From: Malacoraja senta
Taxonomy: Eukaryota
Reading direction: 5' to 3'
Assembly (NCBI GenBank): GCA_038087875.1
Contig: CM075988.1
Span: 4,340,001-4,404,000 of the forward strand
Length of the DNA stretch: 64,000 nt
In this document: positions 22,008-34,120 of the stretch, piece after piece
Position numbering within the stretch: the first letter of the stretch is position 1
Layout: each line of letters starts with the position of its first letter
Notes under the pieces: model-generated
Databases searched by the model: none
Seen by the model: the letters and a program-made list of their open reading frames with translations, nothing else
Told to the model about the DNA's origin: nothing
Translations under genes and position numbers: made by a program

Positions 22008-24440
22008 GTTCTTGGTTCTTGGTTTCTTGTTCCTCCAAAATATTCCAAATGGAATTTAAACTGGAGGGAGGACTTAAGCCAGAAATGGTTTTTGGGAAGA
22101 AAGAGCTACCTTAAATTTAGTTGCATCTGGTTGGGTAACTATAGTAGGGTGGAGATTATTCCATGCTTTAATTGTGCGGGGGAAGAATGAATTGCTGTAC
22201 ACATCTGTCTTGGTAGCTGGAATCACAAATTGGATCGAATGCCCTCGTCTGCTCCTAATTGGTTTGGGTTTGGTGTAGGTCTTGTAATCTATGTCGAGCT
22301 GACCATTTAACATTTTGTAAAAACAGGTCAAACGGTGAGCTTCACGTCTGTCTTGGAGAGGGTTCCACCCCAGAGAATTCAGAAGTTTGGTAACACTCGC
22401 TTCTCTCTCATAGGTGTTAGTAACAAATCGAGCTGCCTGTCTTTGGACACGTTCGATGGAAGAAATGTTTTTGTTTGTGTATGGGTCCCATGCTGCAACT
22501 GCGTAGTCCAAATGAGGTCTAACGATGGTGAAGTATAGCTTCTCCTTGACAGAAGTTGAACAATGATGAAAGTTGCGTCTCAGAAAGTTTAGGACACCTG
22601 TTGCTTTCACCGTTGCATGATGAGTCTGACCATTCCAACGCAGATCATTCTGCAATTTGATGCCAAGATACTTGGTTTGTTTGGATTCTTCAAGGGTGGC
22701 ACCAAGTATATTGTAAGATGTTTTGCCTGGATTCCTCTTTCTGGTGACACGCATGGTTTCACATTTGGAAGGGTTGAACTGCATGCCCCATTGTTGTGAC
22801 CACTCAACCATAGTATCTAGATCCTTTTGAAGAGCATCTTCATCATCAGCTGACCTAATTGGATGGTACAGCAAACAATCATCAGTGAATAGTTTGGTCG
22901 TACTTGTGACTTTTTCATGGATGTCATTTATGTAAAGCAAAACAGATGTGGGCCAAGTACTGTGCCCTGAGGTGTACCACTCAACACTGGATGCCAATCG
23001 GAGCTCTTTCCGTTCACACACACACGCTGAAAATGTTTTGTCAGGAAACTGGAAATCCATTGTTTCGTGTTGGAACGAATACCATAGAAATCAAGCTACC
23101 GAAGCAGTCTCTGGTGTGGGATGACATCAAATGCTTTAGAAAAGTCCAGCACTACAAAATCCATGATGACGTTACTATCAAGGTGCTTGGCCAGGTCATT
23201 TGTTGTCAGGATAAGCTGAGACTCACATGATCTATGCCTCCTAAATGCATGTTGGTTGTCAGCAAGAATGTTATATTTGCTCACGTGTCTCATCAGATTA
23301 CTATCAATTACATGCTCCAGTAATTTGCAGCAAGTACTTGTTAATGAAACAGGACGATAATTCGCTGGCTTGGTGGTTGAACCCTTCTTAAAGAGAGGAG
23401 TGATGTTAGCCTTCCTCCAATCCAGCGGAACATCACCTGAGTCAAGCGATTGTTGGAAAATGAACCGCAAAACTGGAGGCAGTTCTTCGGCCGCGATCTT
23501 GCGGCTTGATTCTGTATCTGATCTGGTCCAATTGCTTTTGTTGTATTAATGTTGAGCAATAACTTCTTGACACCTTCAACCTCAATTTTAATTACAGGCA
23601 TACCAGCATACGGGCTGGGCGGTAGATCTGGAAATGATGAAGGCTCCATATCTTCCCAGGTGAAAACGTGTTGAAATTGGTTTGCAAGAGCTTCTGGTTT
23701 CGCCTGGTCCTCAGTGATCAGACAGTTGTTCACTTTAAGCATCTGGACACCAGTGTTGTCTGTCCGTCTGGATTTCACATATCTCCAAAAAGCCTTGGGT
23801 TGCTCTCCCCCAAGAATAGAAGAAACATGTTGTCTATGAGCACTCCTAATAGCACGATCAACTTGCTTTCGCACTCTAGTAAAATTGTCCCAGTCCAGTT
23901 TTGTACCCCTTTTTTAGGTACGGATATAAGACTTCTCTTTCTTACTGCAGAGACGTTTCAGTTTTGCCGAAAACCAAGGAGGACGCATATGGTCCTTAAT
24001 AAGTTTTTGAGGAACATGATTTGCAACAATATTATTTAAAGAGCCACACCCAGTTGTCTTGTACGGATCTTTTATCTGGTCGCAGGTTGAATAAATCTTT
24101 TCCCAGTTTTTTTGCTAAGTCTTTAAATTTCTCACTGTTCACTTTTCTCCAGAGGGAAATTTTTCACGGTGGTTTTGAAGGAACTTTAAGCTTTGTGTGC
24201 AATTTTGCTTGGATAATATAATGATTGCCAATTCCAGCACACGATGAAACTTCCGAAATTAAACCTGGATGCGAAGTGAACAATAAATCTAAAGTATTTT
24301 CGGTGCCACTTGCCTCATCACGCCTGGTAGGGAAAGTGACTTTTTGGGACAGGTGATTTTACAGAGCAAGGTCAGCTAGGGCTTCCTGGAGAGCCCCTTT
24401 TGGTTTGCTTTATGTGCCGTCAGACCAATCTACACCTGAG
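22008..24440 (-). mobile_element. 5'-truncated CR1/L2-group LINE with near-complete, frameshifted RT and (CCAAGAA)n tail
   Basis: ORFs 23341-23874, 23096-23470, 22074-23060: ANYRPVSLTSTCCKLLEH, LDFSKAFD, LYINDI, FTDDCLLY, KYLGI, VRPHLDY...WDPY, SFFPRTIKAWNNL. Confidence 0.88.
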
Positions 24441-24805
24441 TTCATATAGATATTTTGTTGTTATCTATAACTAGCCACCCTCCATCCCTCCCCCATTATA
24501 GTATTCATTTCCTCCATAAGGTTTTTTGTATCTTGTACTCCAGATTTTGTTGTCTCTCTTGTGTTGGTGTAATATGCTTAAAACCACAGGCCTTTGTTCG
24601 GCTCCTGTCCATCACAATTATGGTCCCAAGCTAGTAAGGATGCTAATAGATCTAATTATGATTCACCTGGCAACTTGACAATGGTATATGAGATTGTAAA
24701 TAGAAAAGAAAAAGAAACATGGATTATTGCTTTAAATGGAAGCAGAAGATTAAAAGAAGGGTCGTGAACAGCCCTCACATTTCAGTGAATAGGACTGGAT
24801 GTCAT

Positions 24806-25114
24806 TTTAGTTTAGTGTAGTTTAGAAATAAAGCACGGAAACAGGCCCTTTGGCCCACCAAGTCCGCACTGACCAGTGATCCCCGCACGCTAACACTATC
24901 CTACAGACAAGGGAAATCTACATTTATACCGAGCCAATTAACCTACTAACCTGTACGTCTTTGGAGTGTGAGAGGAAATCGAAGATCTTGGAGAAAACCC
25001 ACGCGGGTCACGGGGAGAACGTACAAACTCCGTACTGACGCACCCGTAGTCAGGATCGAACCTGGGTCTCTGTGCAGCAAGGCAGCAACTCTACCGCTGA
25101 GCCACCATGCCACC
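24806..25114 (-). mobile_element. HE1/V-SINE-type SINE
   Basis: Full-length reverse copy. Confidence 0.85.
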
Positions 25115-25311
25115 CAATCATATTCCAGATCATCTGCTCATGGGTTCCCCTGGTACAGGATTCTAAAACTGAGCTCTTCATCTTCCTAATGCCGCCATTC
25201 GGTTTACGTGGTGATTGAAAGCTCCTTCAGGCTGGGGCGCCGTGTCCACAGGGTTGGGGTGAGCCATTGCTCCGTGAAACAGCCCACGTCCCTCTGATGT
25301 ACCAGTCTTGC

Positions 25312-25613
25312 TTAGTTTAGAGATACAGCATGGAAGCAGCTCCTTCGGCCCATCGAGTCCATGCCAGCCGCCGTTTACCCGTTCACGCCAGTTCTTTGTT
25401 ATCCCACTTTCTCATCCACTCTCTACACACCAGGCACAGTTTACAGAGGACAATTGCCTATGGGCGGCATGGTGGCGCAGCGGTAGAGCTGCTGCCTTAC
25501 AGTGCCAGAGACCTGAGTCCGATCCTGACTATGGGTGGTGCCTGGATGAAGTTTGTTCGTTCTCCCTGTGACCGCGTGGGTTTTCCCCAGGTGCTCCAAG
25601 TCCTCCCACACTT
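25312..25613. mobile_element. Two HE1-type SINE halves in opposite orientation (25312-25452 -, 25462-25613 +)
   Basis: 3' half reversed, followed by the 5' half forward. Confidence 0.7.
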
Positions 25614-26039
25614 CTAGGATAAATGGCTTGGCAGGACGTCAGAGATAGGGGGTCACTGGGTTCTCTTCCAGGGTACAAGAGGTACATGTAGCAACTGATT
25701 TGGAGGGCAACCATTATCCTTGCAAGTAGTTTGCTAGAGCTGCGAGGGAGGATTTAAACTATAGCGGGTGTGGGCTGGGAACCAGGGGAGGCAGTCAGCA
25801 AGCAGGACCTGATGGGAAGGTAGAGGTTATGACAAGTACAACTTGTCTTACTCACAGACACTCACGCACACGCCGCACACACTGACACACACACACACAC
25901 ACACACATAGGAATCCACTCATGCACAATGCACACACACAGCATACACATTAACACATGTACACACACCAACACACTCCCACGCACACACGGCATACACA
26001 TGCACACACTGGTCTGGGACTGGTCAGACCACCTTTGGA

Positions 26040-26900
26040 ATATTGTGGGGTTGGACAGGCTAGATGCAAGAAGATTGTTCCCGATGTTGGGGAAGTCCAG
26101 AACAAGGGGTCACAGTTTAAGGATAAGGGGGAAGTCTTTTAGGACCGAGATGAGAAAATCATTTTTCACACAGAGAGTGGTGAATCTGTGGAATTCTCTG
26201 CCACAGAAGGTAGTTGAGGCCAGTTCATTGGCTATATTTAAGAGGGAGTTAGATGTGGCCCATGTGGCTAAAGGGATCAGGGGGTATGGAGAGAAGGCAG
26301 GTACAGGATACTGAGTTGGCGGTGCAGGCTCGAAGGGCCGTATGGCCTACTCCTGCACCTATTTTCTATGTTTCTATGTTTTTATGTGAGTAATTGTGGG
26401 CACCATATCTGAGGAAGGATGTGCTGGCTCCAGAGAGGGTCGAGAGGAGGTTTACAAGAATGATCCCAGGAATGAGTAGGTTAACATATGATTAGCGTTT
26501 GTCGCACTGGGCCTGTACTCGCTGGAGTTTAGAAGAATGAGGGGGGAACCTCATTGAAACCTACTTAATAGTAAAAGGCCTGGATAGAGTGGATGTAGAG
26601 AGGATGTGTCCACTGGTGGGATAGCCTAGGACTAGAGGTCATAGGCTCAGAATTAAAGGACATTCCTTTCGGAAGGAGATGAGGAAGAATTTCTATAGTA
26701 TGTGGAATTCTTTGCCACAGAAGGCTGTGGAGGCCAGGTCAATGGATATTTTTAAGGCAGCGATAGATACATTATTGATTAGAACGGGTGTCAGGGGTTA
26801 TACGGAGAAAGCAGGAGAATGGGGTTAGGAAGGAGAGGTAGATCAGGACTTGATGGGCCGAATGGCTTAATTCTGCTCCGTTCACTTTTGATCTCATGAC
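26040..26900 (+). mobile_element. Two tandem CR1 LINE 3' fragments (26040-26388, 26390-26900)
   Basis: TRGHSLRI...FFTQRVVNLWNSLPQ...FKRELD; second copy LRKDVLA..RRFTRMIPG. Confidence 0.85.
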
Positions 26901-27077
26901 CTTTTCACTGTGCCTCGTGACAATAATAAACTAAACTAAACACTGCCTTTCTTACATTGTTCTACCTACATCCACAACCCTTCCAATATGTGGGAAGAGT
27001 TCGAGGTGATCTGGTATATTGGAAGATGGCCAACAGTGCAGCCACTGTCTATACTGTCATGCACATGAACACACACA

Positions 27078-27108
27078 CTGAAGAAGGGTCTCGACCCGAA
27101 ACGTCACC
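27078..27108 (+). ncRNA. Minimal type I hammerhead-like core (representative intact copy)
   Basis: CTGAAGA-A-GGGTC tc GACCC-GAAAC-GTC: CUGANGA box, stem II, GAAA, GUC cleavage triplet; stem I weak in this copy. Confidence 0.65.
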
Positions 27109-27562
27109 TATTCCTTCGCCCCATAGATGCTGCCTCTCCCGCTGCGTTTCTCCAGCATTTTTGTCCACCAACTATACTGTCATGTACTTCAGAGCCAAGG
27201 GATGGAGGCCACTAGATCTTGGTATTTGGAAGCCGTCTCATTGGCATTCCATGAATTTATCATCCCCACTATTTCTGCTTTCTTGACATTTCCAGTGTAT
27301 ATGTAGAATGAAATCTTCCATGACTAGTGTCTGATCCTTGTTAAATGACCTCATGTAATAATGTGTACAGTCGTACGTTACAATTTCTATTTAAAGGTTT
27401 ATAGTCTATAAGCTTTAAGGTGAAAGGGGCAAAGTTTAAAAGAGCCATGTTTTTAAAACGTTGAGCTGTGGGTGTTAGAGGTAGTGGTGGAGGCAGATAC
27501 AATAGTAGGATTTAGGAGGCTTTTAGACAAGCACATGGATGTGTAGGGAACGGAAGGATATG

Positions 27563-27764
27563 TGTGTAGGAAGGAACTGCAGATGCTGGTTTACCCCGGA
27601 GATAGACACAAAAAGCTGGAGTGGGACAAGCAGCATCTTTGGGTAGAAGGAATGGGTGACGTTTTGGGTCTGAAGAAGGGTCTCGACCCGAAATATCACC
27701 CATTCCTTCTACCCTGAGATGCTGCCTGTCTCGCTGAGTTACTCCAGGATTTTGTGCCTATCTT
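27563..27764. mobile_element. Foldback Penelope-derived repeat with 12-bp TSD inside a CR1 tail
   Basis: TSD cggaaggatatg (27551) / cggagggatatg (27765); inverted arms around ctgaagaagggtctcgacccgaaa. Confidence 0.75.
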
Positions 27765-28093
27765 CGGAGGGATATGGATCATGTGCAGGCAGATGAGATT
27801 AGTTTGGTTTGGCATCATCTTCAGCATGGACATTGTGGTCAAAGGGCCTTTTCCTGTGCCGTGCTTTTCTATATTCTATGTTTTATAAACTCCCATCAAT
27901 GTTTTCTATCTTTTGCTGTTTCCTATCTCCAATGGAAGATATGATAGGAAATGAACAATGGCAAACTGATTGACGTAACGATTTTCAGAGTTAGGGACCC
28001 TTCTTTCTACTGCCTTCACACCATTCTTTATTATCAGGCACTTTCCCATTTTGCCTATCCTGGGACATTCAGTTTCCAACCTTATTCATTGAG

Positions 28094-28401
28094 GGGCAGC
28101 ATGGTGGCGCAGCAGTAGAGTTGCTGCCTTACGGCACCAGAGACCTGGGTTCGATCCTAACTATGGGTGCTGTCTGTATGAAGTTTGTACATTCTCCCTG
28201 TGACCATTGGGTTTTCCCACGATGCTCCGGTTTCCTCACAAACTCCAAAGACGTATAGGTTTGTAGGTTAATTTGGCTTCTGTAAATTGTCCCCAGTGTT
28301 TAGGATAGTGCTGGTGCATGGGGATCTCTGGTTGGTGCGGACTCTGTGGGCCAAAGGGCCTGTTTCCACACTGTATCTCTAATCTAAAACTAAACTAAAC
28401 C
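28094..28401 (+). mobile_element. HE1/V-SINE-type SINE
   Basis: Full-length with A/B boxes and (taaac)n tail. Confidence 0.88.
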
Positions 28402-28464
28402 ATGGTTCTGTATAGGATCATTATAAAATCACGACTATTTATGTTTCATCATGCCATGAATTTA

Positions 28465-28996
28465 TTAATGAGACCACACCTGGAGTATTGTGTGCAGTTT
28501 TGGTCTCCAAATTTGAGGAAGGACATTCTTGCCATTGAGGGAGTGCAGCGTAGGTTCACAAGGTTAATTCCCGGAATGGCGAGACTGTCATATGTTGATA
28601 GAATGGAGCGGCTGGGCTTGTATACTGGATTTAGAAGGATGAGAGGGAATCTTATTGAAACATATAAGATTATTAAGGGTTTGGACACGCTAGAGGCAGA
28701 AAACATGTTAAGAATAAGGGGTAAGCCATTTAGAATGGAGATGAGGAAAACACTTTTTCACACATAGAGTTGTGAGTCTGTGGAATTCTCAGCTCAGAGG
28801 GCGGTGGAGGCCGGTTCTCTGGATACTTTCAAGAGAGAGTTAGATAGAGCTCTTAAAGATAACAGAGTCAGGGAATATGGGGAGAAGGCAGGAACGGGGT
28901 ACTGATTGTGGATGATCAGCCATGATCACATTGAATGGCGGTTCTGGCTCGAAGGGCCGAATGGCCTACTCCTGCACCTATTGTCTATTGTCTATT
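28465..28996 (+). mobile_element. CR1 LINE 3' end
   Basis: RPHLEYCVQFWSP..RKDI.AIEGVQRRFTRLIPG; (tattgtc)n tail. Confidence 0.88.
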
Positions 28997-29257
28997 TCTC
29001 TTGATTTGAATGCTGTGTGAATCCAAACAGAAAGCCTTCAGGTTAGCACAGTGCAAAGGTGAGGGCTTTGGGGGTGAATTTATCATCCATGCTTAAGATT
29101 ATAGCGTTAAAGGCATTCCATTTATGTCACACTGAAGTGTCACTGAATCAATCACCAATCCATTTTCACAAACAATGTAAAAGGTTGTTTAGTTTTCATG
29201 TGGTGGATTGCACTGAAAGACTGAAACGCTGAATCACCCATTATACTTAAACACTTA

Positions 29258-29805
29258 AGGGCCTGTCCCACGAGCATGCGACTGCATGCGGCAAGCGCGA
29301 CCTAACGTGGTCAGTTGAGCCGTACGGCCTCGTGGGGCCGGTCCCACTTCGACCGCCGGAGCCGTGTGGAGTTGTGCGGAGCTGATCCCGACATCGCGCG
29401 GGGCTCCGAAAAACTGACACTGTTCAAAAATTCCGCGCGGCAACGGCTTGCCGGCCCACAGCCGCCTCGATGCCGTACGCAGCGTCTTGACGCCGAACGT
29501 CACGCGCGAACTCCCTCGACAGGCGTGCAAAAGCGTCTCGACGCCGTACGCAGCGTCTTGACGCCGAACGTCACGCGCGAACTTCCCGCGGACTTCGCTC
29601 GAACTTCACATCACTCACTCGACCTCCGCGCGGCCCCCGCTTCCCGGTTTGGTCCGCTCGCCGCATGCAGTCGCATGCTGGTGGGACCGTCCCTGTACGG
29701 GGATCACTCGACCTCCGCGCAGCCCCCGCGCGGCCCCCGCGCGGCCCCCGCTTCCGGTTTGGTCGCGCTTGCCGCATGCATTCGCATGCTCGTGGGACAG
29801 GCCCT
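29258..29805. mobile_element. PIF/Harbinger-type MITE, CpG-rich
   Basis: TIR AGGGCCTGTCCCACGAGCATGCG (~45-50 bp, near perfect), TTA on both sides. Confidence 0.85.
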
Positions 29806-29812
29806 TTATGAT

Positions 29813-30131
29813 GTTTAGTTTAGTTTAGACATACAGCACTGAAGCAGGCCCTTCGACCCACAAAGTCTGCACCGACCAGCGATCCCTGCACATTAACACT
29901 ATCCTACACACAAGGGACAATTTTACATTTACACCAAACCAATTAACCTACAAACCTGTACGTCTTAGGAGTGTGGGAGGAAACCGAAGATCTTGGAGAA
30001 AACCGACGCAGGACACCGGAAGAACGTACAAAGTCCGTACAGACAGCACAAGTGGTCAGGATCGAACCCGGGTCTCTGGCGCTCGAAGCGCTGTTAGGCA
30101 GCAACTCTACCGCTGTGTCACCATGCCACCC
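29813..30131 (-). mobile_element. HE1/V-SINE-type SINE
   Basis: Full-length reverse copy. Confidence 0.85.
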
Positions 30132-30424
30132 GATGCTTGAGAGTGGGTGTTGTTGGAATATTGCATTAATTTCTGGTCCCTGTGAGCAGCAGTTCCAGGA
30201 ATATAATTAAAACGATATCCCATCTTTGGGCTCGTATGCTTCAAGATAGGCTCCGGGTATGGATACGTTCTGGAGGAGCAAAATATCAGGACGATGAAAT
30301 AATGAAAGATAACATTATAGGAGATGGATGCTCGGAGAGAAAGGCATGAATATAAAGGGCATCGGCAACGAAGTGGAATGGCATGAACAATATATTTTCA
30401 GAGGGTCATCTCTCTCTGCGACAG

Positions 30425-31215
30425 AACCCATTCCATTCCCACACTGACCTTTCTGTCCTGGGCCTCCTCCATTGTCAGACTGAGGCCAAATGCAAATTGG
30501 AGGAACAGCACCTCATATTTCACTTGGGCAGCTTACACCCCAGCAATATGAACATTGACTTCTCTAACTTCATGTAGCCCTTGCTTTCCCTCTCTCTCCA
30601 GTAGAGGGGGGGGGGGGGGAGAAGGGGGAGAAGGAGGAGAAGGGGGAGAAGAGGAGAGAAGGAGTGGAGACGACATTTAAGAAGCCAGAGATTCACGGCT
30701 GTGAAGCTCGGCAGACATTACCATTACTGCTCGGTTATCCTTGGCTCTGAAAACTACTGTTTATGGGTTTTTCCCAATGGACCAATGAAATTCACCAGTC
30801 AGCACCGGCTACAACCTATGACCTCCTGGCAACCCCCCACCACTGCACCTACGGCACGAGAATTCTCGCTACTCTACATGGCGTCAAAATTCTGGTCGCC
30901 GCTAATTTTTCAACATGTTCCCTGGCAACCACACGCGACCATGTGGCGACCATCCCTCCCACACCCTGAACCCTGCTAGTTTCACTGTTCACATCACTTC
31001 ATTATCATCCCTCCCACAGCCAACAATGGACCATTGTGGGCTCCATCTTGCCTTGGTCATCTGTGCTGGACTCATTTATTCTGTACCGTTTCGTACCTCT
31101 AGTTTCCTTCACCCCTGAGGAGGCTGAAGAAGGGTCTGGACACAAAACGTCGCCTATTCCTTTTCTCCAGAGATGCTGCCTGACCCGCTGAGCTACTCCA
31201 GCTTTTCGTGTCCAT
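30425..31215 (+). mobile_element. Penelope-like element 3' end (ORF C-terminus, UTR, hammerhead-like repeat), interrupted by a MITE fragment
   Basis: SHTDLSVLGLLHC...KLEEQHLIFHLGSLHP..MNIDFSNF*; ctgaagaagggtctggacacaaaacgtc at ~31124. Confidence 0.75.
30601..30950 (-). mobile_element. Internal fragment of the Harbinger-type MITE family seen at 60043-60843
   Basis: Reverse complement matches ~60140-60590, including the C/T tract. Confidence 0.75.
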
Positions 31216-31930
31216 CAACAAGCCTGATGCCTGGAGCCCCTGCAGCCCTTTGAATGGGAGATAGATCAACGTTCAAGCAGCAAAGGCACTTCAGATCGAA
31301 GAGGCAGATTGTAGAATGGGTGGGCTCAGTCTACCTGGAAAGGTTCCCGATCCTGGTAATCCCCAGGCACCTGCAGGGGCTTCCTCCATCGCCTTCGACT
31401 GGCTCGGCCCCTGAACCGATGTCCCTCACCTCTCCTGGCCATCTTTGTATCCCGGGGGCACCTGCTGCAGCTGGCCATGAAAGCGCTGGAGGCATTACAC
31501 TCCTCACGTCCGTCTCTCCATCCGCTCTGTCCTGGTTCTGCAGTTGGATGACCATTCATGTCCTCGGACCCGTTTACCCATTCAGCAGCCGCGGCCCCTC
31601 GGGAAGGCTTGGGAGTGGAGGGCATGGATACACATGGTTCCTGCTTGAAGCAGCTGATCTCAATACCTCCTTTGGATTCAAGACTCATTCCAGCAGGTGG
31701 ACATACAATCATTCTTCCCTGGGACATTTGGCTAGAGATATTCTTTCCTGCTCTGTGCAATTTTTAGCAAGGTGGCCTGGTGTTCAGATCTCCTCCCTGC
31801 CTCCCGGTCACACAGAAGGTCCAGGGGGACCAAACGTCTTGCCCTGGACTGGAAAGTCAACCCTGGACCTCAAGTCATGGACCTCAAATACTTTTCTTGA
31901 CAAACATAATAGGGCACAATTTCTACAACT

Positions 31931-32254
31931 TTCTTTAGACTTTACTTTAGACCTTAGAGATACAGCATGGAAACAGGCCCTTCGCCCACTAGGTCCGCGG
32001 CGACCAGCAATCACTCCCATAGACCAATACTATCTATCCTACACATTAGGGACAATTTACAATTTACTGAAGCCATTTATCCTACAAATGTGTACGTCTT
32101 TGGAGTGTGGGAGGAAACCAGAGGAGCCGGAGAAAACCCACGCAGTCACAGGGAGAACGTACAAACTCTGTGCTGACAGCACCCGTAGTCAAGATCTAAC
32201 CCGGGTCCCTGGCGCTGTGAGGCAGTAACTCTACCACTGTGGCACTGTGCCGCC
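31931..32254 (-). mobile_element. HE1/V-SINE-type SINE
   Basis: Full-length reverse copy. Confidence 0.85.
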
Positions 32255-32857
32255 TTCTGTTGTAAACAAGCCTGCAGGTACCTTGGGATTCTACGAAATA
32301 GCACGAGGAGACAAGCATTTCTGCAGTTTTTTCTCTCCAAAGCCGCGGATCCTAACACTGACAGGCACAAAAGGTGGCAATTTACAGGGTGATTATTTAG
32401 TCCAGCAATGATCAGAGTATCTGTGTGTGTGGCTGACTCTGTGAGTGCAAATGACAGGGATAAAACAAATTAGCTGGTCCTCCATCAAGTAAAATACTGC
32501 ACTGGGATCAAAATAACCGCCCGTCTCATTTACAAAGCTCACATGCAAAAAAATCTGCTCTTTAATTTCACAAGGCGCTGGTACACAGCACTGCTGAAAA
32601 AATAAAAGTGATTGAATTTCTCAGTAAATCACAACATGCCGAACAAGAAACAATCCAATCACATGGTGCCTGATGCGTTTTAGTGAGGGACAGTGCTACA
32701 CGATGTCCGCAGGTCTCTTCAGAGAGAAAGCTTGTGCCTTGCTTTGTAGATCAATGTTATATGTCTCACTCAATCCTGTACTGAGGCAGCACATAAAGGT
32801 AAAAATCTGACTGCCATTTCTGTAAGCATTGACGGAATTGTTTCAGCCGCTTTCTTC

Positions 32858-32992
32858 CAGTCTGAAGAAGGGTCTCAACCCGAAACGTCACCTATTCCTT
32901 CTCTCCAGAGATGCTGCCTGTCCCGCTGAGTTGCTCCAGCTTTTTGTGTCTATCTTCGGTTTAAACCAGCATCTGCAGTTCCTTCCAACACA
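32858..32992 (+). mobile_element. Penelope-derived repeat with intact hammerhead-like core (32862-32892)
   Basis: agtCTGAAGAagggtctcaacccGAAAcGTCacc. Confidence 0.75.
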
Positions 32993-33059
32993 CAATTGTT
33001 TATCTTGCTCTGAGGCTTCTAGTCCTGCTGAAGCTGGTTGCAGAATTCAATCCAGAGGT

Positions 33060-33945
33060 CATCAAATCATACAGTTTAGAAACAGGTTCCACACTCCAAT
33101 TTGTTCATGCCAACCAAGATGCCCCACCTACGCTAGTCCCACCTGCCCATGTTTGGCCCATATCAGTCTGAATAAGTTCATAAGTCATAGGAGCAGAATT
33201 AGGCCATTCAGCCCATCAAGTCTACTCTGCCATTCAACCATGGTGGCTCTATCTTTCCCTCTGAATCCCATTCTCCTGCCTTCTCCCCGTAACCTTTGGC
33301 ACCCTTATTAAACAAGAATGACAATCCCCCCCTTCAAATACCCAATGGCTTGGCCTCCACAGCCGACTATGGTAATGAATTCCATCGATTCACCACCCTC
33401 TGACTGAAGAAATCCCTGCTCATCTCTTTTTTGAAGGTATGTCCTTTTATTTTAAGCCGCTGATCCTAGACCAGTTGAAAACATCCTCTCCACATACACA
33501 CTATCCAGACCTTTCACTATTCGCTAAGTTTTAATGAGGTTTCAATTATTCCCATCCATGTACCTCTCCAAATGTATTTTAAATGTTGTCATTGTATCTA
33601 GCTTAAGTACCTCGACTGGCGGCTCGTTCCATATACCCACCACCCTTTGAGTGAAACAGAAGCCCCTCAGGTTCATGTTGAATCTTTCCCCTCTCACCTT
33701 AAAGCTTTGTCCTCTGTTTCTTGATTCCCCGATCATGGGTAAAAGACTTTCACCCTTTTGTTAACACATAATCTATTCTCCTCATGATTTTATACACCTT
33801 TTAATGCACCTTCATCGAAATCATTCCACATCCTCCTGCGCTCCAAGGATCCTTGCAAATCTTCTCTGCAATCTTTCCAGCTTAATGCTATCCTTCCTAG
33901 ACCAGGGTGACCAAAAGTGAACATGATGCTCCAAATATGGCCTCA
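33060..33945 (-). mobile_element. Cluster of CR1 LINE 3' fragments
   Basis: FTQRVVGIWNE, RPYLEH..HFWSP-like segments and CR1 tails on the minus strand. Confidence 0.7.
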
Positions 33946-34070
33946 TGTGGTCAATGATCACTGATGTGGTTCCAAGGAGGGCAAAACTGGGTTTGTTTTA
34001 ATTTCAGTTGTATATGTATATTTACATATATGTATATAGGTAATCCATTCCCCTTCAGTTCCTTTCCTAC

Positions 34071-34120
34071 ACTAAACTAAACTAAACTAAACTAAACTAA
34101 ACTAAACTAAACTAAACTAA
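34071..34120 (+). repeat. (ACTAA)10 microsatellite
   Basis: Seen directly; same motif as the SINE tails. Confidence 0.95.

Noticed and set aside
25855..26010. His/Thr-rich ORF start fused to CR1 sequence
   Set aside because: (CA)n-rich low-complexity tract adjacent to a CR1 fragment
28094..28165. tRNA-like sequences with A and B boxes (many copies)
   Set aside because: They are SINE heads followed by the SINE core and tail, not tRNA genes
29315..29818. 167-aa GC-rich ORF or CpG-island promoter
   Set aside because: Lies within the MITE and shows no transposase similarity
31254..32228. 324-aa ORF
   Set aside because: Runs through an antisense SINE and has no recognisable domain
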